DNA from: Candidatus Ryanbacteria bacterium RIFCSPHIGHO2_02_FULL_45_17b
GTDB lineage: Bacteria; Patescibacteriota; Minisyncoccia; Ryanbacterales; 2-02-FULL-48-12
Reading direction: 5' to 3'
NCBI GenBank assembly: GCA_001819815.1
Contig: MHNO01000009.1
Span: 147,016-211,015 of the forward strand
DNA: 64,000 nt
Both the position numbers and the translations under genes were made by a program. This document shows positions 20,042 to 28,101 of this stretch, in pieces. Positions within the stretch are counted from its first letter, which is position 1. Every line of letters begins with the position of its first letter. Under the pieces are notes generated by a model. That model was given only the letters and a program-made list of their open reading frames with translations. It did not search any database and was not told the origin of the DNA.

Positions 20042-20386
20042 TTAACCAAGCTTACTGCCAATATCTATGGAATCTTTTTTTGGTTGTATCAAAACCCAGC
20101 CTTCACCGGCATTATTTTTAAAACCGAGCGTTAAAACTTCCGATGTAACCGGACCAATTTGTTTAGGTGGAAAATTCACCACACAGCACACAAGCGAGTC
20201 TAACAGCTCATCTTTCGTATGAGCGCCCACCGCCTGCACGCTTGATTGCTTGATACCTATTTCCGGTCCAAAATCAATCTTCAATTTGTAAGCAGGTTTT
20301 CGAGCTTCCGGAAAATCAAGGATTTCTATGATCTTCCCGACTCGAATATCCACCTTTTCAAAGTCATCGTATGTAATTTGGTTCAT
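20042..20386 (-). CDS. tRNA-binding domain protein (CsaA-like), second paralog
   Basis: YDDFEKVDIRVGKIIEI...VCCVVNFPPKQIG. Confidence 0.65.
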   Translation of the reverse strand: MNQITYDDFEKVDIRVGKIIEILDFPEARKPAYKLKIDFGPEIGIKQSSVQAVGAHTKDELLDSLVCCVVNFPPKQIGPVTSEVLTLGFKNNAGEGWVLIQPKKDSIDIGSKLG

Positions 20387-20389
20387 AAA

Positions 20390-21280
20390 TTACATTAATA
20401 ATATATAAACACCCGAAAACATAATTGTCGCCCCAATACACTTCTTAATCAGCATAGGTGCAGAAATATCCTCTTTGATAATATTTGGAATTAAAAAAGT
20501 GAGCAATGCGCCGATAATAATTGCATAAAAAGATTGCACCTGCATAATAACTGTAACTAAACCAGCGGAAGGAGCAATCACAAGGGCTTTTTTAATGACC
20601 ATCTGGCCAAAAAAATCTAAAACATTATTCCAAGAAAACCAGATATATTTTCTAATGGATGCTGTTTTTATTCCCTCGATAACTTGTCTCCGTACTGTTG
20701 GAATAATGAAAAGCGTAAGTCCAGCTAATGCAGAGCCCAACTCATCAAGCATTAAGTAATTCCAAAAAAACATTTTTGTCAGTCCGTAATCTATAAACAA
20801 GGTCATTACCGACCACATAAGAATTGCAATCAATATCATTCCAAGACCTTTGATAAAAACCCCTTTGGTTTTTTCAAACGAAATTATAGTTGCACCAGCA
20901 AGAACGATTACAAACCCAAAAAGCTCGTTTGGAGATAATGTTTGCCCCAAAAAGACGAAAGCCAAAATAGTGATTATGACAGGTATAAGTTTGAAAAGAA
21001 TTACAAGGGAGGAAGTATCACCTTGCTTAAGTGCTTTTCCATAGAAACCATAGGAATAAATAAGTATCATACCAGTTGCAATCGGTATCAAAGAGTACAC
21101 GCTTAATTCTGGCATTCCTACAAATAGAAAAATTGCGGCAAAGAAAATACAACTCGTGATGGTTGAAAAGAAAACAAAATCAAAAATTCCCTTCGTATAT
21201 TTATCAAGGATATATTTATCCACAAAATTAGATAAGGCCCAAAATAGTGGCGCAAGTAAGGAAAGAAAAATCCAATTCAT
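20390..21280 (-). CDS. EamA/DMT-family transporter
   Basis: Ten TM helices in two EamA-like halves. Confidence 0.6.
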   Translation of the reverse strand: MNWIFLSLLAPLFWALSNFVDKYILDKYTKGIFDFVFFSTITSCIFFAAIFLFVGMPELSVYSLIPIATGMILIYSYGFYGKALKQGDTSSLVILFKLIPVIITILAFVFLGQTLSPNELFGFVIVLAGATIISFEKTKGVFIKGLGMILIAILMWSVMTLFIDYGLTKMFFWNYLMLDELGSALAGLTLFIIPTVRRQVIEGIKTASIRKYIWFSWNNVLDFFGQMVIKKALVIAPSAGLVTVIMQVQSFYAIIIGALLTFLIPNIIKEDISAPMLIKKCIGATIMFSGVYILLM

Positions 21281-21525
21281 ATCATTTTATCAATCAAAGC
21301 TAACTTCTTTTCACGAGTAAGACTTTTTATGTTGCTTTCGCGTTTCAGCGCCTCATTCCGTGTGGCAAATTCCTCCACATGAACAATTTTTTGGACGCCT
21401 TTTGCCCGCGTGTACTTTGCGCCTTCCCCTTCCTTATGTTCCAAAAACCGCCGTTTATAATCGTTGGTAGAACCTGTATAAAGACTCCCATCTTTGCATT
21501 GGAGAATGTATACGTAGTAGGTCAT
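21277..21525 (-). CDS. GIY-YIG nuclease-domain protein (stand-alone)
   Basis: YYVYILQCKDGSLYTGSTNDYKRRFLEH. Confidence 0.7.
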   Translation of the reverse strand: MTYYVYILQCKDGSLYTGSTNDYKRRFLEHKEGEGAKYTRAKGVQKIVHVEEFATRNEALKRESNIKSLTREKKLALIDKMI

Positions 21526-21732
21526 AGAAATAATCCCTCGTATTTCCATAAGACAACCTTATGGAAATTTCCTGCTGTGGATAACTTTGACTTTTAGGTT
21601 ATAAACTGTTATACTTGCTTTTTTCACAAGAAAAGGCACTTCCTTGGGTTCCGTCCCTTGGCAGTGCTTTTTCATTTACTGTAGCTTTTTTTGTAAATTA
21701 TCCATAAATACGATCCTTACTCCCAACCGCAG

Positions 21733-21803
21733 CTGCCAGACTAGGATTCGAACCTAGATACCCGCCTCCAAAGGGCGGTGTCCTACCATTAGACGATCTG
21801 GCA
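21733..21803 (-). tRNA. tRNA-Gln (anticodon UUG)
   Basis: Cloverleaf read by hand on the minus strand: acceptor TGCCAGA/TCTGGCA, D-arm GTCT/GGAC, anticodon stem CCGCC/GGCGG with loop CUUUGGA, T-arm CTAGG-TTCGAAT-CCTAG, discriminator G, no encoded CCA. Confidence 0.7.
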
Positions 21804-21817
21804 ATAGATTTTATAGA

Positions 21818-22168
21818 TTACTCCTCTGTAAGTAATGATATAAGTTGCTCTATAACTTCTTCCAAAATATTCTGTGGAACCTTTTCTATATATACAGCTT
21901 TCCGTGTTTGCCAATCTGCAATACGTACTTGATCTACAAGAATAACTCCTCCTATCTTTTTCCCTTGCGCCCCTAACAAAACTTCAAATGGATACCCTTT
22001 TACATGCGACGTTACAGGACATATAAGCGCGAGCTTCATCCGGCCATTGTACGATTTTGGAGACAATACTAAAGACGGCCGGCGTCCCGCTTGCTCATGC
22101 CCTCGGTGTGGATCAAGAGTAACCCATATTATATCTCCTCTTGCAGGTATATAGGATTGCTTTACCAT
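21818..22168 (-). CDS. mazF: Type II toxin, PemK/MazF family
   Basis: GDIIWVTLDPHRGHEQAGRRPSLVLSP and CPVTSH blocks. Confidence 0.75.
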   Translation of the reverse strand: MVKQSYIPARGDIIWVTLDPHRGHEQAGRRPSLVLSPKSYNGRMKLALICPVTSHVKGYPFEVLLGAQGKKIGGVILVDQVRIADWQTRKAVYIEKVPQNILEEVIEQLISLLTEE

Positions 22169-22413
22169 ATTTCCCGCCCAACAGGACCCACCCAACCTTT
22201 CCACGCATCTCCATGTTTGTTTTCGTCCGTAATTTTAGCAACTCGTTCTTTTAAAGTAATCTTTTTCTTAGCTTTGATGGGTCGAATGGATATCTGTTCA
22301 TCTTGAACGAATACTTGAACATCACTCCCTTCGTGCAAGCTCAACTCTTCCGAAACATGTTTCGGAATGTGCACCCCTAAACTATTGCCCCACATTTTTA
22401 TTTTTGTAGTCAT
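22162..22413 (-). CDS. mazE: Type II antitoxin, MazE/AbrB-fold
   Basis: MTTKIKMWGNSLGVHIPK swapped-hairpin motif; 7-bp overlap with mazF. Confidence 0.7.
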   Translation of the reverse strand: MTTKIKMWGNSLGVHIPKHVSEELSLHEGSDVQVFVQDEQISIRPIKAKKKITLKERVAKITDENKHGDAWKGWVGPVGREIW

Positions 22414-22443
22414 ATATACATTGTATATACACTAATAATTTTG

Positions 22444-23571
22444 TCAAACCTCTTTCACCTCTTCTTTTTTCGGCTCTCCAAGCGTATCCCGCAAAATGTC
22501 TACCACCGCAAGCTCCAATGGCAATTGCGGAAACACGGTACGGTAACTCATCCAGTAGGCATCAATCAATGACTTCATCATCTGTTCCAGTTGTGAAACC
22601 GATGCTTTTGCGCAGTGTTCCTTTATGAACTGCTGTTCGGCATCAGTCATATCGGAAGCAACTTGAGTAGCCATTCTTGCATCAAGCCGGCCAAGCAACA
22701 AGTGCCGTACATTCCGTATAATCATTTTAAGATAAAATTGCGGATCAATGCCTTGATCTACAGCTTCGTTTGCCACGCGCGCCGCCTTAGCCGGGTCCTT
22801 TTCCAAAAGAGCGGCAACAAATGAAAGCACCGCTTCTTCCGGCGGCGCGCCTAACGCAAGCCGCACATCTCCTGTGGTTAGCTTATCACGTCCGCTCAGC
22901 ACCTGCCCCAGCATACTCTCGGCATCCCGCAGGCCGCCGTCGGCAAACAGCGCGAGCAATTGCAAAGCATCCTTGTCTGCCGTAATACCTTCCCTTTTTA
23001 CCATCTTCCCAAGACGTTGCACAATAACCGGCATGGATATTTTACGAAACTCATAATGCTGGGTGCGTGATATGATTGTTTCAGGAACCTTTTCTTTGTC
23101 GGTAGTTGCTAAAATAAAAATCGCGTGGGCAGGCGGTTCCTCCAATGTTTTTAAAAGCGCGTTAAACGCGTCTTTGGTAAGCATGTGGCACTCGTCAATG
23201 ACGTAGATTTTATACTTTGCTTGGGAAGGCGCAAGGCGAATTGCCTCACGAAGCTCGCGGATTTCATCAATGCCACGGTTAGAAGCCGCGTCAATTTCAA
23301 TGAGATCAAGCCCCGTGCCTGCGGAAAACTCTTTGCAAATACCGCAGGTATTGCAAGGCTCGCCGTCTTTCGGTTTCTCACAGCTTGCCGCTTTTGCCAA
23401 CAGGCGCGCCACGGTGGTTTTCCCCGTGCCGCGCGGGCCCGAAAATAAATACGCATGCGCGATGCGATTTAGGCGAATAGCATTCTGAAGCAACAAGGTA
23501 ACATGCTCCTGCCCCACCACATCCGCAAATGTCTGCGGCCGATATTTTCGGTATAAAACGTGCTCGGACAT
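22444..23571 (-). CDS. dnaX: DNA polymerase III subunit gamma/tau (short form)
   Basis: YRKYRPQTFADVVGQEHV, Walker A GPRGTGKTT, clamp-loader Zn module CNTCGIC, SRT motif. Confidence 0.9.
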   Translation of the reverse strand: MSEHVLYRKYRPQTFADVVGQEHVTLLLQNAIRLNRIAHAYLFSGPRGTGKTTVARLLAKAASCEKPKDGEPCNTCGICKEFSAGTGLDLIEIDAASNRGIDEIRELREAIRLAPSQAKYKIYVIDECHMLTKDAFNALLKTLEEPPAHAIFILATTDKEKVPETIISRTQHYEFRKISMPVIVQRLGKMVKREGITADKDALQLLALFADGGLRDAESMLGQVLSGRDKLTTGDVRLALGAPPEEAVLSFVAALLEKDPAKAARVANEAVDQGIDPQFYLKMIIRNVRHLLLGRLDARMATQVASDMTDAEQQFIKEHCAKASVSQLEQMMKSLIDAYWMSYRTVFPQLPLELAVVDILRDTLGEPKKEEVKEV

Positions 23572-23674
23572 GTGGATATTGTACCAAAAATAAACGAAAA
23601 TTCAATCTGTGATACTTGACAACATGTATAATCAGAGTATATTTGAGCCAAAACTGTTTTGAAAGGAGATATGT

Positions 23675-24118
23675 ATGGAAAACAGACTATATCCGAAGGA
23701 GGGAGAGGTGTTTGAGATGACAGGGGATTTTAATGTTAACACCCCTGAAAAGCTCATAAAAGTACTTGGCAGAACAGAAAACTGTGAATATGAGGGGACC
23801 CCATTGACAGGTATCCAAACAGCTAAATTCAAACTCCAGCGAGCAGGAGGCTTTGATGCTGGGAGCGTGCGCTGTTATATCCAAAAGAATTTTGGAGAGC
23901 CGGCTAGGGGACAGTGGATTCTTGTCTTTAAAGAGAATTTCCCTTTCCATGATAACCATTGGAGCATTGGATGTGCGGATGAATCCTGGAGATCGAAATC
24001 TCCTGCAAACTCGAATGGTGTCCTCGTAATTGGCACTAAGAAAGGAGCTATACATCTCGAGTACGAAGGAGATAATTTTTCATCACGTGAGTATATGTGG
24101 CTCGTACTGGTAGAATAG
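23675..24118 (+). CDS. Hypothetical protein (isolated + strand gene, strong SD GGAGA)
   Basis: 147-aa ORF preceded by aaaGGAGAtatgtATG; no recognisable domain. Confidence 0.45.
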   Translation: MENRLYPKEGEVFEMTGDFNVNTPEKLIKVLGRTENCEYEGTPLTGIQTAKFKLQRAGGFDAGSVRCYIQKNFGEPARGQWILVFKENFPFHDNHWSIGCADESWRSKSPANSNGVLVIGTKKGAIHLEYEGDNFSSREYMWLVLVE

Positions 24119-24182
24119 TACTATAGATGGCACACACAACCAGAGACAGTCCAGGCAGGCTGTCTCTTTTTTTATCCCTATA

Positions 24183-24370
24183 GTGTTTAAAAAACAATAA
24201 AATACATTTTTGCACAGATGCTTCGAAATTTAAAATTGTAAGAGTTTTGAAAAAAAATCGTAAACTCCTTCCTCTGGTCGTCAAACATACGATTTTTTGA
24301 CAAACCTCTAACAATTTTTAAAAATTTCTCCACAAAAGTGCAAAAATGTATTTTATTGTTTTTTAAACAC
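24183..24370. repeat. 33-bp perfect inverted repeat (24183-24215 / 24338-24370) enclosing a 122-nt AT-rich spacer with nested hairpins
   Basis: gtgtttaaaaaacaataaaatacatttttgcac ... gtgcaaaaatgtattttattgttttttaaacac. Sits between two convergent genes; the right arm overlaps the GtrA stop region. Confidence 0.6.
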
Positions 24371-24964
24371 AAACAATTTATAGCCGAAAAAGTTCCAAAA
24401 GAGCGACACGGCAGTAGCGATAATTTTTGCCGCGCCAAGTACCCTGCTTGGCGCAATAATATCAAGCCGTAACAGAAAGGTACCCGCCCAAAAAGCGACA
24501 CCGCTGTTAATACCAATGCTTAACAAGGTGATCAGTAAAAATCCCATGAACTCTTTGGTACTGGGAGGCGCTTTCTCGCTAAACGTCCACGTGCGTTGCC
24601 AAAAATAACTATTCACAATAGCAACAGCGCCTGATGCTACGAAAAGATACAATATACGCGGATCGTCAAGGCTAATGCCCGTGTAATACTGCAAGGTGTA
24701 GACAATGCCGGTATCAACAGAAAAATTCATAAGACCGACAATGCCAAAACGCCCCAATTGCTTGAGCGCGGTCACATGGGAAAATAATTTTGAAGCGATG
24801 ACATACGCGACATATTCGCCCGCCGGTAATATGATAAAAAGCGACCATATCGGCAGATTGAAACTTCCGTATGCAAGCGGCGTACGGGAAAAAACAAGAA
24901 TTGGCGTTATAAAAACCGCCGTAATGAATCCGATAATCGCTGCAATAGTATAATCGTTACGCAT
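24353..24964 (-). CDS. GtrA-family membrane protein
   Basis: RFGIVGLMNFSVDTGIVYTL and C-terminal FWNFFGYKLFVFKK, GtrA-like. Confidence 0.55.
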   Translation of the reverse strand: MRNDYTIAAIIGFITAVFITPILVFSRTPLAYGSFNLPIWSLFIILPAGEYVAYVIASKLFSHVTALKQLGRFGIVGLMNFSVDTGIVYTLQYYTGISLDDPRILYLFVASGAVAIVNSYFWQRTWTFSEKAPPSTKEFMGFLLITLLSIGINSGVAFWAGTFLLRLDIIAPSRVLGAAKIIATAVSLFWNFFGYKLFVFKKQ

Positions 24965-24984
24965 TGTTTTATTAGTATACCAAA

Positions 24985-27429
24985 CTATCCTTCATGTTCA
25001 TACCGTTTCATAATCTCCGCCTCTACTTCTTCTTTCGGCCGGCCATATTTAATGCGCGAATATTCTTTTACCGCTTCGGCGACGACCTTATCACCGTCGG
25101 GTGATAAAAATATGTGCATGCTAAAAGGCCGAGACGTCTGACCCTTAATCAACAGGCGCATGTAGGCATTGCCATTATCGAGATTAATCAAATCTTGGGC
25201 GGTAAAGACAGGAGCGAATTGTTGTTCCATAAATTCCGCATCCTCCACTCCAATACGAAGCGAGGCCATCGATCCTACGTTGCCGAATACCGCTTTTTTA
25301 ATATCATCAGAGAGCTGGCCGATAAATTGATGCGATATCACCAGATTGAGACGATACTTGCGCGCTTCTGAAAGAATAGTGGCAATAGAGGGCGTAGTCA
25401 CATTTTGAAACTCATCAATATAGAAGAAAAAATCATTGCGTGTTTCGCGCTCCACGTTTACGCGAGAGAGGGCGGCAAGCAAGAGTTTACCGACAATGAT
25501 GAGCCCGAGCAAACTTGAATTAAGCTCGCCCAAGCGGCCCTTGGAAAGATTGATCAATAAAATCTTTTTCTCGTCCATTACTTTTCGAAAATTGAAGCTC
25601 GAGTGCTGTTGGGCAATCATCGGGCGCATAATGTCGTTGGCTAAAAACACATCGAACTTTGATGTAATGTATGGAACGATATTGGCAAGTGATGCTTCCC
25701 CGCCGGCTTTCTCCGCCACATCGCGCCAAAATGTTTTGACCACCACGTTGGTGCATTTTGAAAGTTTATAGTCACGATATGTTTTATCAGCCATAACGCG
25801 TCCTACCTCCAAAAGAGTTGCAATCTCGGTAGGGTCATCTATAGCCAGCATGGTTGCATTGCGAAAATACTGCTCAAACATCGGCCCCATCGATTCAGGA
25901 ACGCCGCCGTAGAGCTTCTGAAATATGCTAAAGAGTTCATTAACCACAAATGTTTTTTGCTCAGGAAACTGCGGATCATATTCAAGCATGTTAAGCGCCA
26001 AGGGTCGGTCAATGTCTCCCGGATTAAAATAAATCACATCCTCCATGCGCTCTCGCGGTATAAGAGTGAGCAACTTTTCGATAGACTCGCCGTGCGGATC
26101 AATAAAACAAACCCCATCGCCATTTTTAATATCTTGGCGCGCCATTTCTTCCAAGAAATTTGACTTACCGGTACCGGTCTGACCTATCACATAGAGATGA
26201 CGTCTCCGATCATCACGTTCAAAATGCAAAGGCGAGTGCTCCCCGCGAAATACATTTTCCCCGAGCACAATACCTTCTGTAGGTAAGTTTGCCGGGGAAG
26301 GAGCTTCCCGCGCTTTTACATATTTTACTTTAGATGCTGATAATGCGCCTATGGGAAAATGGTACAAGCTCGTAAGCTCTTCCGTGCTTAAATACACAGC
26401 TTGCTTTTCTTGAAACATCCTAAATGAAAATTGGTATGCCAGTTCTTCCAGTGAGCTCCCACGTTTCCGCTCTACGATAAAACTGTTTGCCTGTGGGTCG
26501 GAAAACTGCAAAAACGCATCTTCCAAACTTTGCAAAATATCAAGCGCTTCTTCTTGTGTTGCCGCGGAGGCAAGCAGACGGATGTTTACGTCAAACCCCG
26601 CGCGGGCGGCTTTTTCTTCCACCTGCTTTACCAATTCTTCATCCACCGGATCAGGTGACTTTTGAAATTCGTCTTCTTTTTGTTTTTTCTTCGGACCAGA
26701 AATAAACTCTCCCATGACATTTGTAGCCGCTCCTTGCCATGAATCAGTTTTGCTAATTTCTTTCAAGCTTTTGCCTTTCTTCAAAAATCGAGCCGTCTGC
26801 TTGCCTTTTTCTTGCCACTCACTGCTCGCCGGCCTTACCACTAACTGAATAGCGGCTCCATCTCCTTCTTTTTTCATTTTTGAAAACGCCGTTGTCAATA
26901 CCTCAAGCGGATCTGCCTCCAACCGGCGATAACTTTTAATAGGAAAAAATGGCGCGCGTTTGAGGCGCAAGGTAGAGCCCACCGTAACCCCGTCTTCGTT
27001 AAAAATATTGTAATCTTTTATTTGTTCCACCCGCGCATGTGGAAACAACGCGCTGACTTTTTTTTCAAACACACGGCTCCACTTGCGAGGCACAGCCACA
27101 TAAAACGTGGTTTCTTCACCCACGGATGGAAGAGCAATTTCAAGCGCAAAAGAAGGCCGATCGGTAAGAAATCCAAGCGTGCGCACTTCATCGCGCGACA
27201 CCATGCCGGCGTAAAACTGTTCCATGATGGAAATAATATCTTTTGGATCCCGCCGTTCTTGTTCGTTTGCCGTCGATTCCTGCGGTAACAGAACTACGTA
27301 AAGCACCAACTGCAACGAACCCGACACGCGGTTATGTTCCCGCGCCCGCTGAAAAAAATACCACACTGCCGTACCCGCGCCGGCCCCGAAAGCAATAAAG
27401 ATGAGAAGATAAAAAAGACTTGATGTCAT
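24985..27429 (-). CDS. Membrane-anchored FtsK/HerA-superfamily P-loop ATPase, VirB4/VirD4 (type IV secretion / coupling protein)-like
   Basis: N-terminal TM; Walker A VIGQTGTGKSNF; CFIDPHGES; Walker B FFFYIDEFQN; 814 aa. Confidence 0.5.
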   Translation of the reverse strand: MTSSLFYLLIFIAFGAGAGTAVWYFFQRAREHNRVSGSLQLVLYVVLLPQESTANEQERRDPKDIISIMEQFYAGMVSRDEVRTLGFLTDRPSFALEIALPSVGEETTFYVAVPRKWSRVFEKKVSALFPHARVEQIKDYNIFNEDGVTVGSTLRLKRAPFFPIKSYRRLEADPLEVLTTAFSKMKKEGDGAAIQLVVRPASSEWQEKGKQTARFLKKGKSLKEISKTDSWQGAATNVMGEFISGPKKKQKEDEFQKSPDPVDEELVKQVEEKAARAGFDVNIRLLASAATQEEALDILQSLEDAFLQFSDPQANSFIVERKRGSSLEELAYQFSFRMFQEKQAVYLSTEELTSLYHFPIGALSASKVKYVKAREAPSPANLPTEGIVLGENVFRGEHSPLHFERDDRRRHLYVIGQTGTGKSNFLEEMARQDIKNGDGVCFIDPHGESIEKLLTLIPRERMEDVIYFNPGDIDRPLALNMLEYDPQFPEQKTFVVNELFSIFQKLYGGVPESMGPMFEQYFRNATMLAIDDPTEIATLLEVGRVMADKTYRDYKLSKCTNVVVKTFWRDVAEKAGGEASLANIVPYITSKFDVFLANDIMRPMIAQQHSSFNFRKVMDEKKILLINLSKGRLGELNSSLLGLIIVGKLLLAALSRVNVERETRNDFFFYIDEFQNVTTPSIATILSEARKYRLNLVISHQFIGQLSDDIKKAVFGNVGSMASLRIGVEDAEFMEQQFAPVFTAQDLINLDNGNAYMRLLIKGQTSRPFSMHIFLSPDGDKVVAEAVKEYSRIKYGRPKEEVEAEIMKRYEHEG

Positions 27430-27434
27430 GTGAG

Positions 27435-27863
27435 CTACGTAACCTTCCGAGCTTGAATTACCTTATCATAATATTCATCGACAAGCATATCATGAAAATC
27501 ATCCAAGAGATGAAGATCGCCCAGATGCCGCGCCACATATACCGCGGCAAGAATACCCTTCGTGAGCGCAATTTCCACAAGCGCCTCCACTTGTTCGTGA
27601 TGTTCTTTTTCACGAAGATCATCTGCGTTCTGTCGAGCATGCGCAATGTGGCTAGAAGGTAGCGGGGGTGGTGTGTTCGCGGAATCTGCTGACTCTGCGG
27701 CTACTTGCTTTTCAGCGTCCTCCTTTGCGGATTCCACATGTTCCCGCAACACATCGCGAAAAACATCCTTTTCCTCTTTCCCTTCTTCTTTACGTGCGGC
27801 AAGTTTTTCCTCTAAAACGCGAAGCTCTTCCTCAAGTGATTGTATAGATTCTTGTTCAGGCAT
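27435..27863 (-). CDS. Coiled-coil hypothetical protein
   Basis: 142 aa, E/K-rich heptads; immediately upstream of the ATPase (5-bp gap). Confidence 0.4.
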   Translation of the reverse strand: MPEQESIQSLEEELRVLEEKLAARKEEGKEEKDVFRDVLREHVESAKEDAEKQVAAESADSANTPPPLPSSHIAHARQNADDLREKEHHEQVEALVEIALTKGILAAVYVARHLGDLHLLDDFHDMLVDEYYDKVIQARKVT

Positions 27864-27910
27864 GGTTTTAGTATAGCAAGATAGAAAATAAAAAGCGATT
27901 ACTGTATATA

Positions 27911-28052
27911 CCGTGAATTATGGAACACACCCTCATCCGATGACCGCCACGCGAATTGATAATGAGTTGAACAAGACGTTATATTGTACTTGCATATGCA
28001 AATCGATGGGAGGTCATCAGATGAGAGGAATACATGTGTTTCGTAATTTAAA
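27911..28052 (+). mobile_element. MITE copy 2 (142 bp; internal hairpin module deleted; degraded TSD gtatatac/tatatag)
   Basis: High identity to copies 1 and 3 across both termini and the gatgggaggtcatcagatgagaggaatacatgtgtttcgtaatttaaag end. Confidence 0.65.
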
Positions 28053-28101
28053 GTATATAGGTATATGTACGCATACTATATACGCATGATACAATGGTCA
28101 T

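Noticed and set aside
21550-21732. Possible hairpin or terminator downstream of tRNA-Gln (gcacttccttgggttccgtcccttggcagtgc)
   Set aside because: On checking, the two halves are not reverse complements beyond the gcac/gtgc ends, so no convincing stem.
25114-26705. Several 68-111 aa '+' ORFs inside the ATPase gene
   Set aside because: Antisense to an 814-aa ORF with Walker A/B motifs; no motifs of their own.
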